Shown: one piece after another, positions 13,001 to 25,087 of the stretch
How the letters are laid out: each line of letters starts with the position of its first letter
Position numbering within the stretch: the first letter of the stretch is position 1
Origin: Eutreptiella sp. 'Long Island Sound 2002'
Taxonomy: Eukaryota; Protista; Euglenida
Length of the DNA stretch: 64,000 bases
Reading direction: 5' to 3'
NCBI GenBank assembly: GCA_964036045.1
Contig: OZ038379.1
Location: forward strand, 58,404,001-58,468,000
Notes under the pieces: model-generated
Told to the model about the DNA's origin: nothing
What the model saw: only the letters and a program-made list of their open reading frames with translations
Databases searched by the model: none
Made by a program: the position numbers and the translations under genes

Positions 13001-14397
13001 GAATGCATAGGAAGCTAGAAAAAACCCAATATGGAACCAAAAACTTGTCAAAAGGGGCCAAAAGAGCGTCCGAGTATTCGCCGACATCCAAAACTTCGCA
13101 CTGCGTGCTCGGCATTCCCCTAGTATTCAGTACGCATGCTTCTGGTTGACTCATGCGGGGTCTCACCAACCAATCACACATGCACATGCCCAACAACCCA
13201 ACAAAAGAGTGCTGCAAAGAATTGCAGCAGCACAGTCACAACATCAGAAAGCTACAGGAGTGAGCTGGAAGGGCGCCCTTATCCAGCTGTGTCTCTTGCC
13301 ACCGCCATTGCATTGTAGCTTAGCCCTAGCTGGCTGCAAATATGCTTCACCAGACATCTAGCACGAACAGCTGCAAATCTCTAACTGATTGTGTCTCCCG
13401 TAGCACGGAGACGGACTGTTCAGCTAGCGGCAGCACATGCTGCCATTAGGTTCCAGCAGAGGCGTGGGTTAGAAGCCAAGCAAGCAGAGGCCCCAAGTAG
13501 GAACTCCAAAATTGACCCCATCCCTGCATTCTACGCCGTTTCTAGACACGCACACTATAGCAAGCATTGGCTCAGGATCGTCCAAAGACAAATCATTGAG
13601 CGTCCCCAAAGGAGAGGGCCTCACCTCCACGAAGAGGCCCTCGAACCTGAGCCCACGTCAACCGCATTGTCCTCGAGGAGCCCGGGGGCCTAAGCAACCG
13701 CATAATCATCCCACGTGAGATACAGCCGGGCGTACATTATGTACAAGACCTTGAAACACGCACCACCGTGGACTAGACTCCGCCATGCAAGTAAAAGGGG
13801 AGAGGAGACACAAATACAGGCTGTGCTAAAGGAGGAAGTAGCTGATCCAGAACAACTGGCAGGGTTGTCAGGCAAGGAATTGGCTCCCCCAGTTCAAAAG
13901 CTCCCCACTGGCACGCTGAACAGGAGTGGGGGGTGCGGTGAATTAGCAGGGTGAAACATGAAACGGGAGCAGCAGTATTTCAACCAGACGCGAGTGAAGT
14001 ACAATGTCATCAGCGGAGGAAGCACACGGCGACGTTCAGGGAGGGACGGGGGAAACAAAGGCAGGAGTACCATCATGAAGACATGCAAGGTACGGTCGTG
14101 ATCGAATGCCTCATTCTGCCGGATTTCTTCCCTTTGCTCTTCCGCAAGATCGCCCAAGACGTCAGCCTTATGCAATTCATGGTCTACGTACTGAAGAAAG
14201 TGCTTGCGCAAGAACTGTTTGATGGGGTTGAGGATGCTGCCGGTGCCAGAACTCGTCAACTAAGAACAGCGGTGCGGTGCCGTGTGGTGTGGGTGTGTCA
14301 AAGGTGAGGGGGATGATCTACAGACAGCTGCCGCAGGGGGCAGGACCTGGAAGGGCAAGGGGTGTGGCCACAAAAAGGACAGGGCTACCCTACAGCC

Positions 14398-14435
<38 letters not shown>

Positions 14436-17400
14436 AACTTGAAATACACAAACTTGGTTGTCGTTACTGTCGTTACTGATGCTTTTGTGTCAGCGGAGCC
14501 CAATACTTCCTCTGGCTGCGATTGGATCTCTCCCCAGCCGTCCACTCTTTCTCAGGCGTAAAAGACCAGGCGCATCCTCCCAATGGTGCACGACGCTCAG
14601 GGCGGTCGCATCGCCGGCCCCAGGGCGGCCTCATCAACTTCTTGGGCTGTGTTACTTGTGCTCACCGCCATAAGAGGCACCCCGTCTTTGATGCAGCGCA
14701 AAGGGACGACAGATGCAAAAGTTTCTAAAAGCCCCCAGGCTTCAAGGTATAACGGCATATTCACTTCTGCCCCTGTTGCTTGCCCTTTGGACCCTTTGCG
14801 TCCCTGTTTGCCTTCCACTGCCTCATTGTATCCACACGAACTCACAACCCGGGGGCACTGCCGCATACCAACGCAAAGCGGACGATTTTGGACAGCCACT
14901 GGTCGATGATGTTGACAAGGAAGTAGTACATGGGCACCAGAATGGCAATGAACAGGAGCACTGTGACCGTGATTGAGGCCCAGACGGGCAAATCCCACAG
15001 CAGCAGCGTGGCCAGGCTGATGGTGATGACGAGGCAGAAGAGGGACAAGATCTCCAGTTTGTTGAGCACGTCGGGGATGTATGGCTTCATTATCAAGGCG
15101 AAGAGCAGAGAGGCAAGAAGTACCCAAGTACCGCAGAAGGCCTGCATGGAACGAGGTAATGGTGCTTCATGGTCGTAAGAATCGCAAGCGCAGGGCAAAT
15201 GTCTTACCAATCCGATGTAGCTCCTGTACAATTGGTGAGGAACTACTGTACAAAGAAAATTCCTATAAAACCGCTCTTGTCCAACTCATGTACAACTACT
15301 GCACAACTACTGCACAACTACCGTACAACATCAACTCCTATAGAATTGCTGAACAACGCATGTACAATTACCGCACTTCCGTCACCACAACACCAAGAAG
15401 GGTTCGGTGGACAAAAAGTATGAATGAGAGGACGAAATTGGAATGGTGTCCGCATACCCTGAGAACCTAAAAAAAGACAGTGCAGTAGAGGGGCCTTGTC
15501 TGTGGACAATCCGATAGAGACTGCTCTACGGCTCATGCTCATGCTCATGCTGATGCTCATGCTCATGCAAGTGCGGCACACCTATAAACCTGCTGTCCAA
15601 CTGCTGTATGACAACTGCAACTCCCAAAAAGGGTGCTGTACAACTCATGTAGCATGTAGAACTGCTGAACTGCAAACTTCAATACTACTGCTGTTTGACC
15701 ACTGTACACCTGCTGCACAGCTGCAACCCCAATACAACTGCTGTGCAACTGCTGTACAAATTCAACTCTTAAAAAACTTCGGTACAGCTCATGCTGCATC
15801 CTTCAATCAACACGTTGCCATTTGGCGTCGTACTCAAGTGAGTTTGTACAGATGTCGGGCACCTAAGAGCTCCACCTTAGCAAAATGCAGCGTACCTGAC
15901 CTGCAACAACAACACCTTTCAGGTTGTACTACCTGCGGCGGCCTGAGCTGAGCCCTTTTTCTGAACGCACCTTATGCAGTCATTGCTTTTTGAACTGCAA
16001 TTTCCAGTGGAAACGGGTTTAGACAACTTGGTTTCCAGAGGTGGGAACATTGTTCTGCATCTGCAAACAAATCACGTCGATTGTGCAGTGCCCATTTTCT
16101 TGTGTGCCTCCTCGTCCCGTGACAAATACAATTGGTTTAAATCGCGATTTGTGGTCCTCTCTACTCTGGAGACACCTACTTGCCATTGTGTGCAGCATTT
16201 GCCTGCCGCTTTGTGTTCCCACTGTGCAGCTGAGGCAGTTGAGAAATGGGGCTGTGCCGTGTGCAAGAAGAAAGGCTGCCAGCGAGCATGTGTCGATTGC
16301 CTTGTCGCGTACCGGGGGCCATGTGCTTTTAGACACAAATACCCACCCCCTGCTCCCTACTTGCTTCCTGGAACCCCTCATGCCCTCTCCGGGGTCAGCG
16401 CCCCCCCCCCCCCCGCCCCCTGCAACCCTCCGTCCTTCTGCTGCCGGCCCCTATCAGAGCCCCACAGCCCCCCGCATCCCCCGCCCCACGGTGTGAGATG
16501 AGATGAGGTGAGGTGAGGTGAGGTGACGCTGAGCGTTGCCCTGCAAGAGTCCGAGGGGCAACCTAAGAATAGCCTGTTGCCATGGGCTGCACTGCCTCGC
16601 TCATCCGGGGCCCGGTTGTGACCGTGTTGTGTGAAATTGATGTGGCCCTTTTCTGTGATGCTGAAGACATGCGTTTTTTGCACTTCTGCAGGTGAACAAT
16701 CGTGCCGTTTGAAGCCGTACGAAGTGGGTGTGCCCTGAATTGCTTTTCTTGTTTGTATGCACCACATGCAGAGGGCGATCAGGTGCAAACTGTGCACTGA
16801 CAATCCCCTGTCGCCCTCCAGCGGGCCCAACATGTGAGTGCGCTATACCCAAACTTGCCACCACAGGCGCCGGAAATCACCTCGAAGAGGGTTAGATCAT
16901 CCCCCCCCGCTCCAACCCGTATTTCTGCACTTCAAGACCACACTTTGTTTTTTTTTTTTTTTTTTTTTGAATTTTTCGATTTTTAGCCGCCAGAATTCCC
17001 GATTCAGTGGGACTTGCTGGACTTCGTGGGACGGGGCGTCTGTGCAGTCTAGGCAGTGTTTGGCCGGTTTCGGGCCACTAATTCCCTGCTGGTGGAATTT
17101 GGTGGAAACACTATTTGCCAAATTCGCGAATTCAGGCAAAATAGCCCCAGCCCCCCTGATCCCCTCCCTAACCTGACAGATAGTGGTCCTAGGGTCACGC
17201 CGGAAGTATTCCTCTTGGTGCCTGGCTTAAGGGGTAAAATGCTTGGTTTTGACCCACATGTTCATCCTCAAATGCTCAGAGTTTAATACAGAATTCAAAT
17301 ATGCCTGAAATCCATGAAAATTCATTTTGACCCACCTCTGCTCTGGAAGACCTCGATATGGCAGCCCAAAGTTCTCCAAACCATGATGATTTGTGTTGCG

Positions 17401-19340
17401 GTAAATGTACCCGGTTGTTTTCTACGCTCGTTTTCATCGTTACTGCCACTGCAATGGTTCCTGTGCCATGCACAGTCTGGCGGTGGTGAAGAATCAAACG
17501 TAGCAAAGAGTACACATCGTCATGTCTTGTTTTCTGAATTCACAGTGAAATGGCAAAAGATATGGCACGAAGTTTTGTTTCCCACAAATAATCAGCAATC
17601 ACCTGTGTGGGTGTGCATATGGGGGATGATTCCCAGCTTCACACCCATCGTCTTCTGGTGTGACGGCGTCCAGGTGTGCCACAGCGCGGCTTGCTGAACC
17701 CAGTGCCTACCTAAAGCGATGTATGGTTCTGGCAGAGAGGTGTTTTACCCCGCTGAAAGATGCTGGATGAACCCTGTGCCGCAGGTTGCTGAGGCACCTC
17801 GCTGTTCTTGCCAGAGACCGCTGTGTGCTGTCACAAATTCTGCTGGGTGTTGTTATCATCTGTGGCACCCATCCGCTTGGGGCTGTGTGTTACTCAGCGA
17901 TCACATGAGACCGCATCTTACCGAGTCGCGATATCAGTCTGAGAGGCTAGTGGCAATCAGGTACCCACCTGCAAATACTTGTCGCTGACTTGCACACTGA
18001 TGAAGACCATGATGAACTTGCGAAATAGGATTGTTGCCTCCCAGTACCACCGGGACGGCTCCAGGCATTTGACCAGGAACGCCCAAAGATATAGCGTTCG
18101 CTTCCAACTCTGGAACTTCATTGTTACATAGATGCAGACCAGAAACACCGCCGGAATGCCTGCACAAAGCAACAGGCGCAGGTGGCTGGGCACGGGATAG
18201 GACGGGGATGACAAGCCTGCGCGACACGCAGGGAACAGGAGCCTTCCTTGCATGCCCATGATCACCATCCGATGGCAGGATTGCGCACCTCGACTACGGC
18301 GCAGGTGCACATACTGCGTCGCCTTGTGAAGCCCGCAGACATCCTTTGGCACTGTCTCTGCCAACCTTTGGTCTGGTCGACATACCACGACAGGGCCCAG
18401 CCACGCCTGCTTTGTCACTGCATACCAGCCGCATGGGCCCATGAGTGAAGAGGCGTGAGATGTTCAAATGCCGAAGACGTGTTGGCACAAGTCCGATTCT
18501 TGGGATCTTCTCTGTGGCAGTACGTCTTGCAGCCCCATCCCACACCGGGGAAGGCCCCTGTGTAACGGGTCTTGACAGAAACTACCGCTTTGGGTCATGC
18601 AGTGTCCGACCCATCCCCCATTTCCCTCGCAGTTCCTACTGATTCTTTGCGAGTACGCAGTGCCACTCTTGGGGGGGGGGGATATGCCGTAGCGGATGGG
18701 CTGAGGTAAAGCAGCAGACGGGCTGCTAGTGTTGGCGATGTACCATCGCGTGCTGTGTTGTGACATGATCCTGAAAGCGTCATGCCACATCGCAGGGGAC
18801 TTGTTGGTGGTCTTGCTTGTGGCCTGCGCAAGGACGGAGCCCCGGGATCCCCTTCCCAGCAGTACTGCACTCACACCGATCCCATAAAGCATTGCGAATA
18901 TCGTGGCGACCAGCACGTTCAGTTTGTGCTCAGAAGTCGAACAGTCGTGAGAGTAATCCACCCGTAAGAAGCGTTTGGTCACGCCGTCGCCCCAATCAAA
19001 CTCGTCGCATGTGAACAGTGCCATGGTCTGCGTGATCAGAGTCGAATATAAGAAGTACAAGAGGATCATCGTCGCAACCATTGTGATCTGTGTTTGCAGA
19101 AGAGGGAACTGCAGCAGGGGCTTTGAATCACCAAATGTTATATGTTCGGTGCTCCTCGCACCATATCATCCGCAAACAATACCACCGCTCATCGACGCAA
19201 AGCATCATCTGCATCCAACCATAAGTCCTCGAGTACCTGCTTCAAATTGAGGTGCTCATGCTCATCGTAGAAGTTGAACACTGACCACATATCCTCCTCT
19301 CCTTCGAAAGCTTCCGCCACTTCTTGCATTCGCTCATTGA
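9969..19340 (-). CDS. Multi-exon gene (5' part absent) for a multi-pass membrane protein with the protist TRP-like/7TM-like C-terminal module; left-arm copy with complete 3' end
   Basis: Eight GT-AG exons splice into one continuous frame of ~434 aa: 19237-19340, 18877-19087, 17969-18159, 14869-15141, 14071-14259, 11288-11377, 10320-10458, 9969-10078 (stop). Motifs: LYFLYSTL...FTC...FLRVDYSHDC, YGIGIP, FLVKCLEPSRWYWEATILFRK, KPY...LNKLEILSL. Confidence 0.8.
10320..10458 (-). CDS. Membrane protein gene, exon F
   Basis: tttcAG|ITSATEAWLEFTNKWSRD...HDEDE G|gtgatg. Confidence 0.65.
11288..11377 (-). CDS. Membrane protein gene, exon E
   Basis: aAG|DPDDETDMSTMLTLIQEVNMIAAGTLIGLQ|gtccgt. Confidence 0.75.
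11866..12760 (-). pseudogene. Frameshifted DDE_Tnp_4-type (Harbinger/ISL2EU/IS5-like) transposase in an intron, left-arm copy
   Basis: Motifs YKINMAVDNLGNIVWI...GTSAD, HDGAYKG, N..HGFYRARPEHVFARFWQWRIV in shifted frames; acidic tail then a Cys-rich end. Confidence 0.72.
12770..12930 (+). repeat. Three copies of a 53-bp repeat related to the 85-bp satellite
   Basis: TGGCTACATCACCCCTGCCTTCTCGGGGTCCCCATAGTGGGGAGA... starting at 12770, 12823 and 12876. Confidence 0.85.
14071..14259 (-). CDS. Membrane protein gene, exon D
   Basis: ttAG|LTSSGTGSILNPIKQFLRK...LHVFMM|gtactc. Confidence 0.75.
14401..14433. repeat. (CA)n microsatellite; mirror copy (TG)n at ~42221-42260
   Basis: Seen directly in the sequence. 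Confidence 0.9.
14869..15141 (-). CDS. Membrane protein gene, exon C (about three TM segments)
   Basis: gcAG|AFCGTWVLL...KPYIPDVLNKLEILSL...KIVRFAL|gtatgc; 273 nt, phase 0-0. Confidence 0.85.
16050..16330 (+). pseudogene. Cys-rich fragment resembling a piggyBac transposase C-terminal domain, antisense in an intron
   Basis: HLPAALCSHCAAEAVEKWGCAVCKKKGCQRACVDC resembles HVP...CVHC...RYKCKAC...HVEC of the transposase at 48958. Inverted copies at ~34087-34367, ~37204-37484 and ~40325-40605. Confidence 0.35.
17969..18159 (-). CDS. Membrane protein gene, exon B
   Basis: gcAG|GC ATT CCG...WYWEATILFRK...DKYLQ|gtgggt. Confidence 0.85.
18877..19087 (-). CDS. Membrane protein gene, exon A
   Basis: acAG|ITMVATMILLYFLY...LYGI G|gtgtga; joins exon B to give YGIGIP. 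Confidence 0.85.
19237..19340 (-). CDS. Membrane protein gene, exon Z (most 5' exon identifiable)
   Basis: gcAG|TC AAT GAG...HLNLKQ|gtactc; begins in phase 1, so an upstream exon is required. Confidence 0.7.
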
Positions 19341-20000
19341 CTGCAGGGACAGACCCATTCATGGCATGTACATCCGCTACACACACTGGGAACTAACACC
19401 CAAAACCACAAAAGAGGGCGGGTGGGGGATGCATCATGCGGTACTCAAAAAGGGCGGAGGGCCTGACCACGGGGATGGCATGATGCGGTACCTGGCACAG
19501 GCTCAGTGCACTTCTCAGTGGCCCGTCATGCGTGACACTGTGTCGTTGCATTGGCACACAACGTCCCCAACAGACCTTCGTCGGAACACCAAAGCTCTGC
19601 CTGGCCATTGCGAATTGCCTGTGCCTTTATTCCTATTGCTGTGCCTTTATTCCTATCGCTGCTAACACCCTTTGTCTCCTGTGCCCCCCACAGCCAGCTT
19701 CTGCCATTACCTCTCATGCCCCGTTCTGCCGCCTAGTCCCACTTTTTGCCATGTGCCTTCCAAAACGTACACCACCGAGACCCTGTTGCCCGTGGCAAAA
19801 ACAATCACAATCTGTAAAGAGCAACCAATTTACAAACATGTACCCAGCAAAAAGTCTGAGGCCGCTGGCTCCAAATGAATCAACACGCAAAAGAGGTCTT
19901 AAGTGAACGTGCTTCCTTCTGTGCAGCAAGTGCCTGAGCAGCACTGGCTCCCATTGAATTATGAGCGAGCACGGGGGGCGGGGGGGGGGGCAACCCCTCG

Positions 20001-23000
20001 GGGGGAGAAATCAGAAGTGGCCCACCTATGGGCAAAGTGGCTATGTCACCCCCTGCCGTCTCGGGGATCCCCACCGCTTCAGAGCGGGGGGGAAAATCAG
20101 AAGTGGCCCACAAGTGGGCAAAGTGGCTACATCACCCCTGCCGTCTCGGGGATCCCCACCGCTTCAGAGCGGGGGGGAAAATCAGAAGTGGCCCACTTGT
20201 GGGCAAAGTGGCTATGTCACCCCCTGCCGTCTCCGGGATCCCCACCGCTTCGAAGCGGGGGGGGAAATCAGAAGTGGCCCACTTGTGGGCAAAGTGGCTA
20301 TGTCACCCCTGCCGTCTCGGGGATCCCCACCACTTCAGAGCGGGGGGCAAAATCAGAAGTGGCCCACAAGTGGGCAGAGTGGCTACGTCACCCCTGCCGT
20401 CTCGGGGATCCCCACCGCTTCGGAGCGGGGAGGAAACTCAGAAGTAGCCCACAAGTGGGCAAAGTGGCTACGTCACCCCTGCCGTCTCGGGGATCCCCAC
20501 CGCTTCAGAGCGGGGGGGGAAAATCAGAAGTGGCCCACAAGTGGGCAAAGTGGCTACGTCACCCCTGCCGCCTCGGGGATCCCCACCGCTTGAGAGCGGG
20601 GGGGAAAATCAGAAGTGGCCCACTTGTGGGCAAAGTGGCTATGTCACCCCTGCCGTCTCGGGGATCCCCACCGCTTCAGAGCGGGGGGGGAAATCAGAAG
20701 TGGCCCACTTGTAGGCAAAGTGGCTACGTCACTCCTGCCGTCTCGGGGATCCCCACCGCTTCAGAGCGGGGGGGGAAATCAGAAGTGGCCCACTTGTGGG
20801 CAAAGTGGCTACGTCACCCCTGCCGTCTCGGGGATCCCCACCGCTTCAGAGCGCGGGGGGAAATCAGAAGTGGCCCACTTGTGGGCAAAGTGGCTACGTC
20901 ACTCCTGCCGTCTCGGGGATCCCCACCGCTTCAGAGCGGGGCATAAATCAGAAGTGGCCCACTTGTGGGCAAAGTGGCTACGTCACCCCTGCCGTCTCGG
21001 GGATCCCCACCGCTTCAGAGCGGGGGGGAGAATCAGAAGTGGCCCACAAGTGGGCAAAGTGGCTACGTCACCGCTGCTGTCTCGGGGATCCCCGGCGCTT
21101 CAGAGCGGGGGGGAAAATCAGAAGTGGCCCACTTGTAGGCAAAGTGGCTACGTCACCCCTGCCGTCTCTAGGATCCCCACCGCTTCAGAGCGGGGGGGGC
21201 GAAATCAGAAGTGGCCCACAAGTGGGCAAAGAGGCTACGTCACCCCTGCCGTCTCGGGGATCCCCACCGCTTCACAGTGGGGGGCAAAATCAGAAGTGGC
21301 CCACCGATTTCCCCCCCCGCTCTGAAGCGGTGGGGATCCCCGAGACGGCAGGGGTGACGTAGCCACTTTGCCCACAAGTGGGCCACTTCTGATTTTCCCC
21401 CCCCGCTTTGAAGCGGTGGGGATCCCCGAGACGGCAGGGGTGACGTAGCCACTTTGCCCACTTGTGGGCCACTTCTGATTTTCCCCCCCGCTCTGAAGCG
21501 GTGGGGATCCCGAGACGGCAGGGGTGGCGTAGCCACTTTGCCCACAAGTGGGCCACTTCTGATTTATGCCCCGCTCTGAAGCGGTGGGGATCCCCGAGAC
21601 GGCAGGAGTGACGTAGCCACTTTGCCCACAAGTGGGCCACTTCTGATTTCCCCCCCCGCTCTGAAGCGGTGGGGATCCCCGAGACGGCAGGGGTGACGTA
21701 GCCACTTTGCCCACTTGTGGGCCACTTCTGATTCCCCCCCCGCTCTGCAGCGGTGGGGATCCCCGAGACGGCAGGGGGTGACATAGCCACTTTGCCCATA
21801 GGTGGGCCACTTCTGATTTCCCCCCCCCCGCTCTGCAGCGGTGGGGATCCCCGAGACGGCAGGGGGTGACATAGCCACTTTGCCCACAAGTGGGCCACTT
21901 CTGATTTTCCCCCCCGCTCTGAAGCGGTGGGGATCCCCGAGACGGCAGGGGTGACGTAGCCACTTTGCCCACTTGTGGGCCACTTCTGATTTCCCCCCCC
22001 CGCTCTGCAGCGGTGGGGATCCCCGAGACGGCAGGGGTGACATAGCCACTTTGCCCACAAGTGGGCCACTTCTGATTTTGCCCCCCGCTCTGAAGCGGTG
22101 GGGATCCCCGAGACGGCAGGGGCGACGTAGCCACTTTGCCCACAAGTGGGCCACTTCTGATTTCCCCCCCCGCTCTGAAGCGGTGGGGATCCCCGAGACG
22201 GCAGGAGTGACGTAGCCACTTTGCCCACAAGTGGGCCACTTCTGATTTCCCCCCCGCTCTGAAGCGGTGGGGATCCCCGAGACGGCAGGGGTGACGTAGC
22301 CACTTTGCCCACTTGTGGGCCACTTCTGATTTCCCCCCCCCGCTCTGCAGCGGTGGGGATCCCCGAGACGGCAGGGGGTGACATAGCCACTTTGCCCATA
22401 GGTGGGCCACTTCTGATTTCCCCCCCCCCGCTCTGCAGCGGTGGGGATCCCCGAGACGGCAGGGGGTGACATAGCCACTTTGCCCACAAGTGGGCCACTT
22501 CTGATTTTCCCCCCGCTCTGAAGCGGTGGGGATCCCCGAGACGGCAGGGGTGACGTAGCCACTTTGCCCACTTGTGGGCCACTTCTGATTTCCCCCCCCG
22601 CTCTGCAGCGGTGGGGATCCCCGAGACGGCAGGGGTGACATAGCCACTTTGCCCACAAGTGGGCCACTTCTGATTTTGCCCCCCGCTCTGAAGCGGTGGG
22701 GATCCCCGAGACGGCAGGGGCGACGTAGCCACTTTGCCCACAAGTGGGCCACTTCTGATTTCCCCCCCGCTCTGAAGCGGTGGGGATCCCCGAGACGGCA
22801 GGAGTGACGTAGCCACTTTGCCCACAAGTGGGCCACTTCTGATTTCCCCCCCGCTCTGAAGCGGTGGGGATCCCCGAGACGGCAGGGGTGACGTAGCCAC
22901 TTTGCCCACTTGTGGGCCACTTCTGATTTCCCCCCCCCGCTCTGCAGCGGTGGGGATCCCCGAGACGGCAGGGGGTGACATAGCCACTTTGCCCATAGGT

Positions 23001-24643
23001 GGGCCACTTCTGATTTCCCCCCCCCGCTCTGCAGCGGTGGGGATCCCCGAGACGGCAGGGGGTGACATAGCCACTTTGCCCACAAGTGGGCCACTTCTGA
23101 TTTTCCCCCCCGCTCTGAAGCGGTGGGGATCCCCGAGACGGCAGGGGTGACGTAGCCACTTTGCCCACTTGTGGGCCACTTCTGATTTCCCCCCCCCGCT
23201 CTGCAGCGGTGGGGATCCCCGAGACGGCAGGGGTGACATAGCCACTTTGCCCACTTGTGGGCCACTTCTGATTTTGCCCCCCGCTCTGAAGCGGTGGGGA
23301 TCCCCGAGACGGCAGGGGCGACGTAGCCACTTTGCCCACAAGTGGGCCACTTCTGATTTCCCCCCCGCTCTGAAGCGGTGGGGATCCCCGAGACGGCAGG
23401 GGTGACGTAGCCACTTTGCCCACAAGTGGGCCACTTCTGATTTCCCCCCCCGCTCTGAAGCGGTGGGGATCCCCGAGACGGCAGGAGTGACGTAGCCACT
23501 TTGCCCACTTGTGGGCCACTTCTTATTTTCCCCCCCGCTCTCAAGCGGTGGGGATCCCCGAGACGGCAGGGGTGACGTAGCCACTTTGCCCACAAGTGGG
23601 CCACTTCTGATTTTCCCCCCCGCTCTGAAGCGGTGGGGATCCCCGAGATGGCAGGGGTGACGTAGCCACTTTGCCCACAAGTGGGCCACTTCTGATTTTC
23701 CCCCCCGCTCTGAAGCGGTGGGGATCCCCGAGACGGCAGGGGTGACGTAGCCACTCTGCCCACTTGTGGGCCACTTCTGATTTTGCTCCCCGCTCTGAAG
23801 TGGTGGGGATCCCCGAGACGGCAGGGTTGACATAGCCACTTTGCCCACAAGTGGGCCACTTCTGATTTCCCCCCCGCTTCGGAGCGGTGGGGATCCCGGA
23901 GACGGCAGGGGTGACATAGCCACTTTGCCCACAAGTGGGCCACTTCTGATTTCTCCCCGCGCTCTGAAGCGGTGGGGATCCCCGAGACGGCAGGGGTGAC
24001 GTAGCCACTTTGCCCACTTGTGGGCCACTTCTGATTTTGCCCCCCGCTCTGCAGCGGTGGGGATCCCCGAGACGGCAGGGGTGACGTAGCCACTTTGCCC
24101 ACAAGTGGGCCACTTCTGATTTTCCCCCCCGCTCTGAAGCGGTGGGGATCCCGAGACGGCAGGGGTGACGTAGCCACTTTGCCCACAAGTGGGCCACTTC
24201 TGATTTTGCCCCCCGCTCTGCAGCGGTGGGGATCCCCGAGACGGCAGGGGTGACATAGCCACTTTGCCCACAAGTGGGCCACTTCTGATTTCCCCCCCCC
24301 GCTCTGCAGCGGTGGGGATCCCCGAGACGGCAGGGGTGACGTAGCCACTTTGCCCACAAGTGGGCTACTTCTGATTTCCCCCCCCGCTCTGAAGCGGTGG
24401 GGATCCCCGAGACGGCAGGGGTGACATAGCCACTTTGCCCACAAGTGGGCCACTTCTGATTTTCCCCCCCGCTCCGCAGCGGTGGGGATCCCTGAGACGG
24501 CAGGGGTGACATAGCCACTTTGCCCACAAGTGGGCCACTTCTGATTTGCCCCCCCGCTCTGAAGCGGTGGGGATCCCCGAGACGGCAGGGGGTGACATAG
24601 CCACTTTGCCCATAGGTGGGCCACTTCTGATTTTTCCCCCCGC
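20001..24643. repeat. ~85-bp hairpin-rich satellite, forward to 21304 then reverse
   Basis: Unit GAAATCAGAAGTGGCCCACTTGTGGGCAAAGTGGCTACGTCACCCCTGCCGTCTCGGGGATCCCCACCGCTTCAGAGCGGGGGGG. Orientation flips at ...GGCCCAC|CGATTTCCCC (~21305). Confidence 0.95.
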
Positions 24644-24887
24644 TCCCCCCCCCCCCCCCAAACTGCCCCTCCCAACCCCGAGGGGTTGCCCCCCCCCCCG
24701 CCCCCCGTGCTCGCTCATAATTCAATGGGAGCCAGTGCTGCTCAGGCACTTGCTGCACAGAAGGAAGCACGTTCACTTAAGACCTCTTTTGCGTGTTGAT
24801 TCATTTGGAGCCAGCGGCCTCAGACTTTTTGCTGGGTACATGTTTGTAAATTGGTTGCTCTTTACAGATTGTGATTGTTTTTGCCAC

Positions 24888-25087
24888 NNNNNNNNNNNNN
24901 NNNNNNNNNNNNNNNNNNNNNNNNNNNNNNNNNNNNNNNNNNNNNNNNNNNNNNNNNNNNNNNNNNNNNNNNNNNNNNNNNNNNNNNNNNNNNNNNNNNN
25001 NNNNNNNNNNNNNNNNNNNNNNNNNNNNNNNNNNNNNNNNNNNNNNNNNNNNNNNNNNNNNNNNNNNNNNNNNNNNNNNNNNNNNNN
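24888..25087. other. Assembly gap (200 N)
   Basis: Run of exactly 200 n. Confidence 1.

Larger units (their letters stand above)
11138..21304. repeat. Left arm of a giant inverted duplication
   Basis: Reverse complement of ~27045-45523, ignoring the triplication. Homology ends sharply at 11138 versus 45523 (…CGCATGGAGGTCA). Confidence 0.93.
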
